DNA of 60,942 nucleotides from Pirellulales bacterium (lineage in GTDB: Bacteria > Planctomycetota > Planctomycetia > Pirellulales > PLA5): positions 1 to 60,942 of the forward strand of contig JBBDYI010000377.1 of NCBI GenBank assembly GCA_040901705.1. Reading direction: 5' to 3'. The stretch's first letter is position 1. Each line of letters starts with the position of its first letter. Below the pieces are notes generated by a model that saw nothing but the letters and a program-made list of their open reading frames with translations, did not search any database and was not told the DNA's origin. The translations under genes and the position numbers were made by a program. Positions 32,175 through 43,019 of this stretch are shown here, piece after piece.

Positions 32175-33728
32175 ATGCGATCGACTCATTCTTACGCCGT
32201 GCTCACGGCCGCAGCGCTCATGGCGCTGAGCATCACGCATGTCGTTCATGCCGACGTGGTTACGAAGTATGCATTCGACGGAAACCTGCTCGACACGGCG
32301 CCGAGCGGTGTGAACGCGGACAATCTTTTGGCTCGCATCGTGGCCGGGGCTGGCTCGGAAACGTACGCGAGCGGCATCGTCGGCGATGCCGTGCGGCTCG
32401 ATTTTGCCACCGGATCGGCGTTCGCTCTCCAGGCGCCGTCGTCGGCCGACTTGAATCTGGCCGCCAACTGGACGCTCGAAGCGTTCGTCAAGCCGGATTT
32501 GCAGAACACGGGCGAGTGGGACCGCTTCTGGATCAAATGGGGCGAAGGCAGCAACGACTGGCATTGGGCGTTTCGCTACCCGAACAACGGTCTGGACCTG
32601 TTTCTCAACGGCGCCGGGCCGATCGTTTCGGCGAACAATGGCCTGCCTGCCAATTCCGTGCCGCTCGACAAGTGGTCGCACGTGGCGATCGTCGGCGACA
32701 GCACGGCGAATGAGATTCGCGGGTATATCAATGGCAATCAGGTCGTCACGGGCACGTATGTGGCCGCAGGCACTGGCGCGGGCACCATGAACTTCGGCAA
32801 TTTCGCCACGGCGACGCCGAACGGATTGCAGTTCACGGGTCTGATCGACGACGCGCAGATTCACAACGCGGCGGTCGACGTGGCGTACCTGCAAAGCCGC
32901 GCAGCGCTGATTCCGCTGCCGCCGCCGCCGGCCGTTGCTCCCCCGCCGTCTAGCGGACTCGTAAGCTACTGGACGTTCGACGGCACCGCGAACGACGTTG
33001 CGCAGAATTACACCGCGAATGTCGGTGTGACGAACGACAATCTGACCGCCCGCGACGGCACGGCGAACTATGAAGCCGGCCGCGTCGGCCAGGCACTACG
33101 CGTTGGCGTGAACGCTGGCGACACGACCGATCTGGCCGCGCCGCTGTCGGCCGACGTGCAACTGCCCGCCACGTATACGATCGAGGCCTGGGTCAAACCG
33201 TCGGAATTGTCCGATGCGTGGCAGCGGCTGGTGCTTAATTGGGGCCCCGTGGGCGCGGAACACGCCTACCACTTCGCGATCCGCAACAATAGCGGATTCA
33301 TCAACGGCGTCAGCTTGTTTCACGCCCAAGCGAACCTCGCAGAGCCGAACGCCAACGGTGGAACGGTGGTGGTCAACGAGTGGCAACACATCGCGGGCGT
33401 CGCGGACGGGAGTTTCCTTCGCGTCTATTTGAACGGCGAGGAAGTCGCCGCCGCGGCGTACGACGGCACGATCAACACCACGCCTACGGAGGGCCTCGGC
33501 ATCGGTGACTCGAACACGGCGCTGTCGACGATCAAGTACAACGGCTTGCTCGACGACGTGGCGATCTGGTCCGTGCCGCTGACGCCCGAACAGATTCGCT
33601 ATCAGTACCAACACGGCCTCAACGGCTTTGGCGCACCGGTGCCGGAACCGTCGACGATGGTCCTGTTGGCGGTCGGGCTGATTGGCTGTGCGGCGATGCG
33701 GGCACGGCGACAAAAGATTGCTAAATGA
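32175..33728 (+). CDS. PEP-CTERM surface protein with two LamG-like jelly-roll domains
   Basis: AGGAG RBS, signal peptide, two W-T-x-EAWVKP...WxHxA...GLxDD domains, Pro linker, VPEPSTMVLLAVGL...RARRQK tail. Confidence 0.92.
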   Translation: MRSTHSYAVLTAAALMALSITHVVHADVVTKYAFDGNLLDTAPSGVNADNLLARIVAGAGSETYASGIVGDAVRLDFATGSAFALQAPSSADLNLAANWTLEAFVKPDLQNTGEWDRFWIKWGEGSNDWHWAFRYPNNGLDLFLNGAGPIVSANNGLPANSVPLDKWSHVAIVGDSTANEIRGYINGNQVVTGTYVAAGTGAGTMNFGNFATATPNGLQFTGLIDDAQIHNAAVDVAYLQSRAALIPLPPPPAVAPPPSSGLVSYWTFDGTANDVAQNYTANVGVTNDNLTARDGTANYEAGRVGQALRVGVNAGDTTDLAAPLSADVQLPATYTIEAWVKPSELSDAWQRLVLNWGPVGAEHAYHFAIRNNSGFINGVSLFHAQANLAEPNANGGTVVVNEWQHIAGVADGSFLRVYLNGEEVAAAAYDGTINTTPTEGLGIGDSNTALSTIKYNGLLDDVAIWSVPLTPEQIRYQYQHGLNGFGAPVPEPSTMVLLAVGLIGCAAMRARRQKIAK

Positions 33729-33881
33729 TTTGGCAAGTCCACGCGGCGGCCCCGGTTGTCGGCGGCGAATCGCCGTCGCGTTGAACGAAAAAAGATCTCC
33801 GCGAGCGGACGGCATCCAGTCGGCCGCTCGCTTCATGTACTCGCCCTAGCCGGCGTGCATTCACGATCATCGAGGAACTTC

Positions 33882-36800
33882 ATGGCACGATCGCCCATTG
33901 GGATGCGGCAAAGAACTTACGCTCGCCCGCAGAGGAAACGTTCGCGACGCCCGTCGCTTGGCTGCGAATCGCTCGAACCGCGGATGATGCTGGCGGCGGA
34001 CCCGGTGATTAGCGAGTTCATGGCGATCAACAACTCGACGCTGCAAGACGGCGAGGGCCGCTATTCGGACTGGATCGAGATCCACAATCCCGGCGACGCG
34101 GCCGTCGATCTGGCCGGCTGGCATTTGACGGACAACGCCGCCAATCTAGCGAAATGGACGTTTCCAACCGCGGTCGTGCCGGCCGGCGGCTATCTGGTCG
34201 TATTCGCTTCGGAAGACGGTACGCCTCCGCCTGGAGAATTGCATACGAACTTCCGCCTTTCCGGCGACGGTGAATTCCTGGCGCTGGTCATGCCGGACGG
34301 ACTAACGACGACCACGCAATTCGATCCCTATCCGCAGCAGGTGGCCGACGTAGCCTACGGAGCCGGCGTGACGAGCGAGGAAACGCTCCGCGTCGCGGCC
34401 GACGGCGCGGTGCGGGCGCACGTGCCGGTCGACAATTCGCTGGGGCTGAACTGGACGTCGGCCGCCTTCGACGATTCGCTATGGACGTCTGGCACGGGCG
34501 GTGTCGGATATGATCTCGACGGCGACTACGACGCGCTGATCGGCACGGACGTCGAAGCGGCGATGCACGGCGTCAATCCCGGCGCGTACGTGCGGACGAC
34601 CTTTAACGTCGCCGACGCATCCCAAGTCGACAGCCTCGCGCTCGACATTCAATACGACGACGGCTTCGTGGCGTATCTCAACGGCGAAGAAGTGGCCAGC
34701 CGCAATGCGCAGTCGAGCGCCGTATCGCCGACGTCGGGCCTGATGTCGTATTGGAATTTCGACGGAACGACGCAAGACCGCGCCGGCGATTTTGCGAACA
34801 ACTCGGGCGTCGTGGCGGACAATCTCTCGCCGCGCGGCGGATCGGCGCGGTTCGCCGCCGGAAAGGTTGGGCAGGCCCTGGCCGTCGGCGTGCAGGGCGG
34901 AGACGCCACGGACTATACGGCTCCGCTCTCGGCCGACGTCCAACTGCCGGCAACCTACGCCATCGAAGCCTGGGTCATGCCGACGGAACTCGCCGATTCC
35001 TGGCAGCGGCTCGTGCTCAACTGGGGCGGGCTGCCGGAACACTCCTATCACTTCGCAATCCGCAACAACAGCGGTTACGCCAACAGCGTTAGCTTATTTC
35101 ATGGGCAATCCAACGCCGCGGAACCGAACGCCAACGGCGGCACGGTCGTGCTCAACCACTGGCAGCACATCGCGGGCGTGGCCGACGGCAATTTCCTCCG
35201 CGTGTTTCTCAACGGCGTGCAAGTCGACGCAGTGCCCTACGACGGCACGATTCACACCGCCGCGAGCGAAGGCCTGGGGATTGCCGACTCGAACACGTTG
35301 GTGTCGACGATCAGATTCAATGGATTGCTCGACGAGGTGGCCGTGTGGAGCGTGCCGCTCACGGCGTCGCAAGTGATGTCGCACTTTCAATCCGGGGCGC
35401 TCGGATACGGCCTCACGCCGGTCGGAGCGAGCACCGAATTGCAGTGGGACTCGACCGCCCCGCTCGATCGCGCCGACGGCGCAGCCACCACGGTCGAAAC
35501 GATCGATCTTTCGTCACTAGCCTCGTTCGTGCAGCCGGGCGAAAATGTGCTGGCGATTCACGGCCTGAATTCTTCGACTAGCGACCGCGACTTTCTCATT
35601 CGCGCGGCGCTGCGGTCGAGCAACGTGGTGGTCGACGCCGCGTCGCAGCGGTACTTTGCTGTGCCGACGCCCGGCGCGCCGAACGGCACCGGATCGGCCG
35701 ACTTGGGACCGATCGTGAAGAACGTGGCGCATGAGATTCTGGAACCGACCGGCGTCTCGTCGACGACCTTGGTCGCGGCTAGCGGGCCGGTTCAATCGCT
35801 CGTGCCGACGAGCGACGCGCTCGGTCTCGATTGGACCGCGGCCGATTATGTCGTCGGCGCGAACGGCGAAACGTGGACGTCCGGGACCGGCGGCGTCGGT
35901 TTCGACACGGCCGGCGATTACGATCCGCTGATTGGGACCGACGTCGAGGCGACGATGCTCGGCGCGAATGCGTCGGCTTATGTCCGATCGGCGTTCGACG
36001 TTTCCGATCCGGCGGCGTTCGATCGGCTGAAGCTGAGCGTGAAGTACGACGACGGCTTCGTGGCCTATCTCAACGGTCAGCCAATCGCCAGCCGCAACAC
36101 GCCCGGCGTGGGTGGCATTTCCCCGACGACGGGCTTGGCGACATATTACAGCTTCGACGGCACGCTGGGCGATCAGGCCCCGCTGTTTACGAACAATTCC
36201 GGCGTGGCGGTCGACAACCTGGTCGCCACCGCCGCCGCGGGAGCGCTCGCGACAAGCTACAGCGCCGGTCGCGTGGGGCAGGCCGTCCGCATCAGCCGCG
36301 ACAGTGGCGCGGCCGCCATGCTGACGGCTGTCGATTCCAACGACCTCGACCTGGCCGCCGATTGGACCGTCGAGGCCTGGGTCAAGCCCGACCTGGCCAA
36401 CACCGGCGAATGGGACCGTTTCGCCACCAAGTGGTCTCCCGGCACGCCGAGCTGGCATTGGGCGTTTCGCTATGCGAACAACGGCCAGGATCTGTTCCTC
36501 AACGGCGCACAGTCGATCAACGGTCAGACCGGCCAGCCGGCCAATAGCGTGCCGCTCGACCAATGGTCGCACGTGGCGATCACGGGCAACTCCGTTTCGG
36601 GCACGATCAGCGCGTGGCTCAACGGTGTCGTCGTCGCCACCGCGCCGTACGTCGCCGTAACGAACGGCAACGCGCCGCTTACGCTCGGCAATTTCGGAAT
36701 CAACGACGCCGCGCTGCAATTTTCCGGTTTGATCGACGAATTCGCCATTTGGAAAGTCGCGCTGACGCAACAGCAACTCCAATCTCACGTCAACGCCGCC

Positions 36801-39800
36801 GCCAGCGGCTACGGACTCAATCCGGTAGCGGGAAATCCCAGCGGCGTGACGTGGAACGCGGCCGCCACAGCCGAACACGCCGACGTGGCCGCCACGGCAT
36901 ACGAGGAATTCGACGTCAGTCAATTCAAGGCAGCCCTGCGCACCGGCACGAACGTGCTGGCAATTCACGGACTCAACGTCTCGGCGGCCGACGACGATTT
37001 CCTCGTCGCCGCGGAACTGGTCGGCGAAGCCGGCTCACTGACCGAGCGGCCGATTCGCGTGACGGCCGAAGTGTTGCAGACGCTCGAAGCGGTGGGCACG
37101 GTCGCGCTGACGTATCGCCGCATGTTCGATGCCGAACAGACGACGCCGATGTTCGACGACGGCACGCACGGCGACGTTGTGGCCGGCGATGGCCTGTTCA
37201 CGGCCACACTGTCGGCGTCGGTCGCCGCGCCTGGCGAAATGCTCCGCTACGCCGTGACGGCGACCGACGTTTCGGCGGTCTCGACGCGCGAACCGCGGTT
37301 CGCCGACCCGATCCATTCGCCTCAATACTTCGGCACGGTGATCGACGACCCGGCGATCGTCACGCAACTGCCGGTGCTGCACCGGTTCATCCAGAACGAA
37401 GCGGCCGCGGAAACCGGCGGCGGCACGCGGGCGTCGCTGTTCTACAACGGCGAATTCTACGACAACGTGTTCATCCGCATCCGCGGCGGCACCGCCCGAT
37501 CGTGGCCCAAAAAGAGCTACAAGATCGAATTCAACGACGGCAACCACTTCCGCTTCGACCCGAATTTGCCCCGCGTCGACGAATTCGATCTCAACACGAC
37601 GTATACGGACAAGTCCTACGTGCGGGCGATTCTGGCTTACGAGTTGCATCGCGACAGCGGCGGCATGGCGCCGGTTACGTTTCCCGTGCGCGTCGAGCAG
37701 AACGGCCAGTTCTTTAGCGTCGCCGATTTTGTCGAACAGCCCGACCGAGATTTTCTCCGCCGCAACGATCTCGATCCGGATGGCGCGCTGTACAAAGGGA
37801 CGGCCAACCCGACCAATGGCCTGACCGGCAACGCTCTCGGTGCGTTCGACAAGAAGACCCGTAAGGACGAGAACTTCTCCGATTTGCAAGCCCTGATCAA
37901 CGGCCTGGCGCAATCGGGCGCGGCGCTGGAGACTTTTGTTTTCGACAACGTCGATTTGGCGGCGCAGATCAACTTCATGGCCGTCAACGTGCTGCTGCAG
38001 AACATCGACGCCACGGACAAGAACTTTTTCATCTATCGAGACACGGATGGCGACGGCGAGTGGCAGATGTTGCCGTGGGATCTCGACCTCGTGCTCGGAC
38101 CCAACGCGCTCAATACCGACACGATCGTAGCCGCCAACGATTCGCCGCCGGGCAATACGAGCCACCCGTTCCTGGGCATCCTGTCGGTGCCTTACAACGG
38201 GCGAAAGAACCATCTGTTCGATGCGATCGTCAACACGCCGCGAACGCGGGAAATGTTCTTGCGCCGCGTGCGGTCGTTGATGGACGACTTCCTTAATGCC
38301 GCAAGCACGCCGGCCGCCGAGCGGTATTTCGAGCAGCGGCTCGACGATCTGGTCGCGCTGCTCGGGCCGGACGTGCTGCTCGATCGGGCCCGCTGGGGAT
38401 CGAGCGCCCACTTCGGCGGCGGAACGTATACGCTGCAACAGGCGGTCGATCGGATCAAGAACGAGTACCTCGTGCCGCGGCGAACGCATCTGTATGTAAC
38501 GCACTCGGCCGACAATCAGCCCTCGCCGGTGACGACCGTGCTCGCCTCGGGCGCCGCGGCCAGAGCGCTGGTGCCGACAAACGGTTCACTGGAATTGACT
38601 TGGACGCAGCGGACGGGCTTCGACGATTCCGCGTGGCTGGCCGGCACGAGCGGCGTCGGCTACGACGAAGACGTCACATACAACTCGCTGCTCGGACTCG
38701 ATCTACGCTCGACGGCCTTTCCTGCCGAACAGCGAATCGACACCAACGGCGACGGCACCAGCGAGAACGACTCGGTCTACATCCGCATCCCATTCAACGT
38801 CACCGATCCCGCCGCGCTTACGCAGCTCAAGCTGCGGATGAAATACGACGACGGCTTCGTGGCCTACATCAACGGCATCAAAGTGGCCGAGGCCAGCGCC
38901 CCGGCGTCGCCGCAGTGGAACTCGGCGGCGACTGCGTTGCACAACGACGGCGAGGCCGTGGCGTTTGTCGATTTCGACCTCGCTGCGTTTTCCGGACCCG
39001 GCGGCATCCTCGTCGCCGGCGAGAACATCCTCGCCATCCACGGCCTCAACGACATGACCAACGGCACGGGCACGAGCAGCGACATGCTGCTGCTGCCGGA
39101 ATTGGTCAACGGCACGCCGGGTTTCGCCGGTTCGGTCGGCATTCCCGGCGGACAAGCCGAGTTCCCGCCGATTCAGTTCGGCGCGATTGACTACAACCCG
39201 GCCAGCGGAAACCAGGACGAAGAATACATCCAACTCGTCAATCCGAATCCGTTCGCGGTCGATATATCGGGTTGGAAGCTGTCGGGCGGCGTCGATTTCA
39301 CGTTTGCCGGCGGCACGGTAATTCCCACCGGCGAGTCGTTGTACGTGGCGTCGGACGTGCGCGAGTTTCGCGCTCGCGCGAGCGGGCCTACCGGCGGCCA
39401 AAGCCTGCAAGTGGTCGGCGGCTACCAAGGGCACATCTCGAACTTCGGCGAAACGATCGATCTGTCGGTTCCCGATTCGCTCGGCGACGAGGTCGTCATC
39501 GCCAGCACGACAACGCCTTCGACGCCGTCGGACACCCAGCAGTTTCTCCGCGTCACGGAGATCATGTATCACCCGGCGGACCCCACGGCAGAAGAACTCG
39601 CCGCGGGATTTACCGACCCCGATCAGTTCGAGTTCATCGAGTTGCAGAACGTCAGCGCGACGACGACGCTTAACCTTGCGGGCGTGTCGTTCACCGGCGG
39701 CGTTTCGTACACGTTCGGCGACGTCAACGTGCCGCCGGGCGGTTACGTTGTGCTGGCGGTCGATCCCGCGGCGTTTGCCCAGCGGTATGGCGGGTCGATC

Positions 39801-40457
39801 ACCGTCGCCGGTCAATACGCCGGCAATCTCAACAACGGCGGCGAAGCGATCAAGCTCGATGACCCAGACGGCAGCAGCATCCACGACTTCACTTACGACG
39901 ACACCGACCCCGATTGGCACCCATCGGCCGACGGCGGCGGCGCGTCGCTTGTGATCGTCGATCCGACGGGGCCGTTGAGCCAGTGGGGCGTGGCCTCTGC
40001 GTGGCGGCCCAGCTTCGAACTCGGCGGTTCGCCCGGCGGAGCAGATCTAATGGCCGGCGACGTCGACGGCAACCTCCGCGTCGATCTCGTCGACCTGGTC
40101 ATCGTGCAACGATCGCTAGGCGTCGCCGGCGACGCGACGCGCGCCGATGGCGACTTGAACGGCGACGGTGCGATCGACCGCGCGGATGTGGCCATCGTCG
40201 CGCGGAACTTTGGGCGGTCGTACCCCGCGGTTCCGCCTGCGCCGGCCGCCGTCGTGGCGTCGGTTCGTGCGCGATCACCGGACGCTCCAAATCAACGACG
40301 ACTGGTCGCGACCGCCGCCACCGCTCGGCGGCAAATCCGCGCCGGCACGGTCGATCGCGTGTTTTCAGCGGCGCTTGCGGACCAGGTCGAGAGTGTTTTG
40401 GCGGCACGTCGAAGTTCAACGCCAACCCAGTCCCACAGCAGCCGTCGGGCACGTTAG
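33882..40457 (+). CDS. Giant surface protein: Planctomycete-extracellular motif, lamin-tail domains, 2x LamG, CotH kinase, dockerin-like
   Basis: ESLEPRMMLA; ISEFMAIN/DWIEIHN; IRGGTARSWPKKSYKIEF and KNFFIY..WQMLPWDLD (CotH); GDVDGN..DLVDL/GDLNGDGAID. Confidence 0.9.
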   Translation: MARSPIGMRQRTYARPQRKRSRRPSLGCESLEPRMMLAADPVISEFMAINNSTLQDGEGRYSDWIEIHNPGDAAVDLAGWHLTDNAANLAKWTFPTAVVPAGGYLVVFASEDGTPPPGELHTNFRLSGDGEFLALVMPDGLTTTTQFDPYPQQVADVAYGAGVTSEETLRVAADGAVRAHVPVDNSLGLNWTSAAFDDSLWTSGTGGVGYDLDGDYDALIGTDVEAAMHGVNPGAYVRTTFNVADASQVDSLALDIQYDDGFVAYLNGEEVASRNAQSSAVSPTSGLMSYWNFDGTTQDRAGDFANNSGVVADNLSPRGGSARFAAGKVGQALAVGVQGGDATDYTAPLSADVQLPATYAIEAWVMPTELADSWQRLVLNWGGLPEHSYHFAIRNNSGYANSVSLFHGQSNAAEPNANGGTVVLNHWQHIAGVADGNFLRVFLNGVQVDAVPYDGTIHTAASEGLGIADSNTLVSTIRFNGLLDEVAVWSVPLTASQVMSHFQSGALGYGLTPVGASTELQWDSTAPLDRADGAATTVETIDLSSLASFVQPGENVLAIHGLNSSTSDRDFLIRAALRSSNVVVDAASQRYFAVPTPGAPNGTGSADLGPIVKNVAHEILEPTGVSSTTLVAASGPVQSLVPTSDALGLDWTAADYVVGANGETWTSGTGGVGFDTAGDYDPLIGTDVEATMLGANASAYVRSAFDVSDPAAFDRLKLSVKYDDGFVAYLNGQPIASRNTPGVGGISPTTGLATYYSFDGTLGDQAPLFTNNSGVAVDNLVATAAAGALATSYSAGRVGQAVRISRDSGAAAMLTAVDSNDLDLAADWTVEAWVKPDLANTGEWDRFATKWSPGTPSWHWAFRYANNGQDLFLNGAQSINGQTGQPANSVPLDQWSHVAITGNSVSGTISAWLNGVVVATAPYVAVTNGNAPLTLGNFGINDAALQFSGLIDEFAIWKVALTQQQLQSHVNAAASGYGLNPVAGNPSGVTWNAAATAEHADVAATAYEEFDVSQFKAALRTGTNVLAIHGLNVSAADDDFLVAAELVGEAGSLTERPIRVTAEVLQTLEAVGTVALTYRRMFDAEQTTPMFDDGTHGDVVAGDGLFTATLSASVAAPGEMLRYAVTATDVSAVSTREPRFADPIHSPQYFGTVIDDPAIVTQLPVLHRFIQNEAAAETGGGTRASLFYNGEFYDNVFIRIRGGTARSWPKKSYKIEFNDGNHFRFDPNLPRVDEFDLNTTYTDKSYVRAILAYELHRDSGGMAPVTFPVRVEQNGQFFSVADFVEQPDRDFLRRNDLDPDGALYKGTANPTNGLTGNALGAFDKKTRKDENFSDLQALINGLAQSGAALETFVFDNVDLAAQINFMAVNVLLQNIDATDKNFFIYRDTDGDGEWQMLPWDLDLVLGPNALNTDTIVAANDSPPGNTSHPFLGILSVPYNGRKNHLFDAIVNTPRTREMFLRRVRSLMDDFLNAASTPAAERYFEQRLDDLVALLGPDVLLDRARWGSSAHFGGGTYTLQQAVDRIKNEYLVPRRTHLYVTHSADNQPSPVTTVLASGAAARALVPTNGSLELTWTQRTGFDDSAWLAGTSGVGYDEDVTYNSLLGLDLRSTAFPAEQRIDTNGDGTSENDSVYIRIPFNVTDPAALTQLKLRMKYDDGFVAYINGIKVAEASAPASPQWNSAATALHNDGEAVAFVDFDLAAFSGPGGILVAGENILAIHGLNDMTNGTGTSSDMLLLPELVNGTPGFAGSVGIPGGQAEFPPIQFGAIDYNPASGNQDEEYIQLVNPNPFAVDISGWKLSGGVDFTFAGGTVIPTGESLYVASDVREFRARASGPTGGQSLQVVGGYQGHISNFGETIDLSVPDSLGDEVVIASTTTPSTPSDTQQFLRVTEIMYHPADPTAEELAAGFTDPDQFEFIELQNVSATTTLNLAGVSFTGGVSYTFGDVNVPPGGYVVLAVDPAAFAQRYGGSITVAGQYAGNLNNGGEAIKLDDPDGSSIHDFTYDDTDPDWHPSADGGGASLVIVDPTGPLSQWGVASAWRPSFELGGSPGGADLMAGDVDGNLRVDLVDLVIVQRSLGVAGDATRADGDLNGDGAIDRADVAIVARNFGRSYPAVPPAPAAVVASVRARSPDAPNQRRLVATAATARRQIRAGTVDRVFSAALADQVESVLAARRSSTPTQSHSSRRAR

Positions 40458-40686
40458 TCGTCAGTGAATCATTGATCCATCGGTCGACGATTCCGACCCA
40501 ATGCGAGCCGCCTTTTTGGGTCGCTTCATTCACCGCTCGACTGAGGTGAGCATCCTCGCGCACACGTGTTTTTTCCAGCGAACACGTCCACGATAAACAG
40601 TGTCTCTCGGACTGCCGAACGGGCGCGTCCTCCGAGAAGTGCCATTGGGTCCGCTGGCGATCCGCCGACGGAATCGATTCTCGTCT

Positions 40687-40714
40687 TTGCCGTAATCCCA
40701 ATCGGACCTATACT
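40687..40714 (+). promoter_or_regulatory. Putative thrS promoter
   Basis: TTGCCG-N16-TATACT. Confidence 0.4.
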
Positions 40715-40838
40715 TTGCGTGCTGAATGCCGAGCTTCGCGGCGGCCATTTTTCGTAGCGACGCCCTTTGTAGCGGCGCGGGCCTGCGGTCGAGCGGCGGC
40801 GTTCCTTTTCGGCGGGATTCTGCCCGCACCCATTCACC

Positions 40839-42842
40839 ATGCTCAACGTGCATCTGCCCGATGGTAGCGTCCGTTCCTATGACCAATCCGTAAGCGTGCT
40901 GGCCGTGGCGGGCGACATCGGCCCGCGGTTGGCCAGAGCCGCGCTGGCCGGCGAGGTCGACGGCAAAGTCGTCGGCGTCGATTACAAGTTGCCCGCATCG
41001 GGCGACGTCAAGCTGCGGATTCTGACCAACAAAAATCCCGAAGCGCTGGCCGTGATGCGGCATTCGTGCGCCCACGTGATGGCCCGGGCCGTGATGCGGC
41101 TGTACGACGGCGTGCAATTGGCGTTCGGCCCGACCACCGGCGCTGGATTCTATTACGACATGGACTTGCCGCACGCGATCAGCGAGGCGGATTTTCCGGC
41201 GATCGAAGCCGAGATGCAGAAGATCATCAAGGCCGACGAGCCGTTCGAGCGGATCGAAGAGCCGCGCGACAAGGCGCTGGCGATTTGCGGCGACTTGAAA
41301 CAGCCGCTCAAAGTCGAGCACATTCAAGAAGGTCTCGCCGATCATCCGACGCTGTCGTTCTATCGCCAGGGCGAGTTCATCGACCTCTGCCGCGGGCCGC
41401 ACATTCCGTCGGCCGGCGCCATCGGCGCGTTCAAGCTGACGACCGTCGCCGGGGCGTATTGGAAGGGCGATGCCGAGAAGCAGCAGTTGCAGCGGTTGTA
41501 CGGAACCGCGTTCTTCTCGCAAGCCGATCTGGACGCACACCTCAAAGTGCTCGAAGAAGCCAAACGCCGCGATCATCGCGTGCTGGGCAAGCAACTCGAA
41601 CTGTTCTCGATCAGCCCGCTCGTCGGCCAAGGTTTGATTCTGTGGCTACCCAAAGGCGCGACCATCCGCGGCAATCTCGAAGCGTTTGTCCGCGAGGAAC
41701 TTCGCCTCCGTGGATACCAGCCGGTTTACACGCCCAACATCGGGCGGATCGAGCTATACAAAACCTCCGGCCACTTTCCGTATTACCGCGAAAGCCAGTT
41801 CCCGCCGATCGAGCTTGAGGAAAACGAGCATTACCTGCTCAAGCCGATGAACTGCCCGCACCACATTATGATCTACAAGTCGCGGCCGCGGAGCTATCGC
41901 GAGCTTCCGGTGCGATTGGCCGAGTTCGGCACCGTCTATCGCTACGAGAAGTCGGGCGAGTTGTCGGGCATGACCCGCGTCCGCGGCTTCACCCAGGACG
42001 ACGCGCACATCTTTTGCACGGAAGATCAGGTGGCCGATGAGTTTCGCTCGTGCATCGAGATGACCCAGACGGTGCTCGACGCTCTGGGACTGAAGAACTA
42101 TCGCGTGCGGCTCGGTTTTCGCGATCCGAAGAGCGACAAGTATGTCGGCAGCGAGGAAACCTGGCAGCGGGCCGAGAACGCGCTCGTCGAGGTGTGCAAG
42201 TCGCTCGGCATGGAAGCGCAGCCGGAGCCGGGCGAAGCAGCGTTTTATGGACCGAAGGCCGATTTCGTGGTGGCCGATTGTCTTGGCCGCGAGTGGCAAC
42301 TCGGCACCGTGCAACTCGACTACAACCTGCCCGGCCCCGAGCGGTTCGCGCTCGAATACATCGGAGCGGACAACCAGCCGCACCGCCCGGTGATGATCCA
42401 CCGCGCCCCGCTCGGTTCGTTCGAGCGGTTCATGGGCGTGCTGATCGAGCATTTCGCCGGGGCGTTCCCGTTGTGGCTGGCGGCCGAACAAGCCCGCGTG
42501 CTGTCGGTTAGCGAAAAGTCGGAGGAGTACGGCAAGCAGGTGCTCGGCGAACTTCTCTCGGCCAACTTCCGCGCGACCGGCGACTTCCGCGCGGAGAAAC
42601 TTGGCTCGAAAATTCGCGACGCGCAGCTAGAGTTGATTCCCTACATGCTGGTCGTCGGCCCCCGCGACGCCGAAAACGGCACCGTCTCGCTCCGCGACCG
42701 CATCGACGGCGACCTCGGTGCGATGAGCGTCGCCGAAGCGATCGCCAAACTCAACGATGAAGTCAAAACCCGCCGCGTGCGACAAACGTTCGGCGGCGAA
42801 GCTCCACCACCGCCCGACAACGGCACGGGCGAGGATTATTGA
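40839..42842 (+). CDS. thrS: Threonine--tRNA ligase
   Basis: TGS domain, [36 protein letters not shown]. Confidence 0.98.
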   Translation: MLNVHLPDGSVRSYDQSVSVLAVAGDIGPRLARAALAGEVDGKVVGVDYKLPASGDVKLRILTNKNPEALAVMRHSCAHVMARAVMRLYDGVQLAFGPTTGAGFYYDMDLPHAISEADFPAIEAEMQKIIKADEPFERIEEPRDKALAICGDLKQPLKVEHIQEGLADHPTLSFYRQGEFIDLCRGPHIPSAGAIGAFKLTTVAGAYWKGDAEKQQLQRLYGTAFFSQADLDAHLKVLEEAKRRDHRVLGKQLELFSISPLVGQGLILWLPKGATIRGNLEAFVREELRLRGYQPVYTPNIGRIELYKTSGHFPYYRESQFPPIELEENEHYLLKPMNCPHHIMIYKSRPRSYRELPVRLAEFGTVYRYEKSGELSGMTRVRGFTQDDAHIFCTEDQVADEFRSCIEMTQTVLDALGLKNYRVRLGFRDPKSDKYVGSEETWQRAENALVEVCKSLGMEAQPEPGEAAFYGPKADFVVADCLGREWQLGTVQLDYNLPGPERFALEYIGADNQPHRPVMIHRAPLGSFERFMGVLIEHFAGAFPLWLAAEQARVLSVSEKSEEYGKQVLGELLSANFRATGDFRAEKLGSKIRDAQLELIPYMLVVGPRDAENGTVSLRDRIDGDLGAMSVAEAIAKLNDEVKTRRVRQTFGGEAPPPPDNGTGEDY

Positions 42843-43019
42843 GTCGCGGCGGAACGTGTTGCTTGCTTGAATTGGCGTTGTGGATGCGATGGGTTCGGAT
42901 GCGTTCTGATCCGGCCGTTGCCTACAGGAAGCGCAAGGCCTTTCGGAAACCTTGCATCGCTACGCGAGCTTGCGATGCCGCGGCGCGACTGATCTCGTCG
43001 TCGGGCTTCACGCGAACGT

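Noticed and set aside
40715-40838. T-box leader for thrS
   Set aside because: No T-box GGTGGNACC motif or terminator; leader is short.
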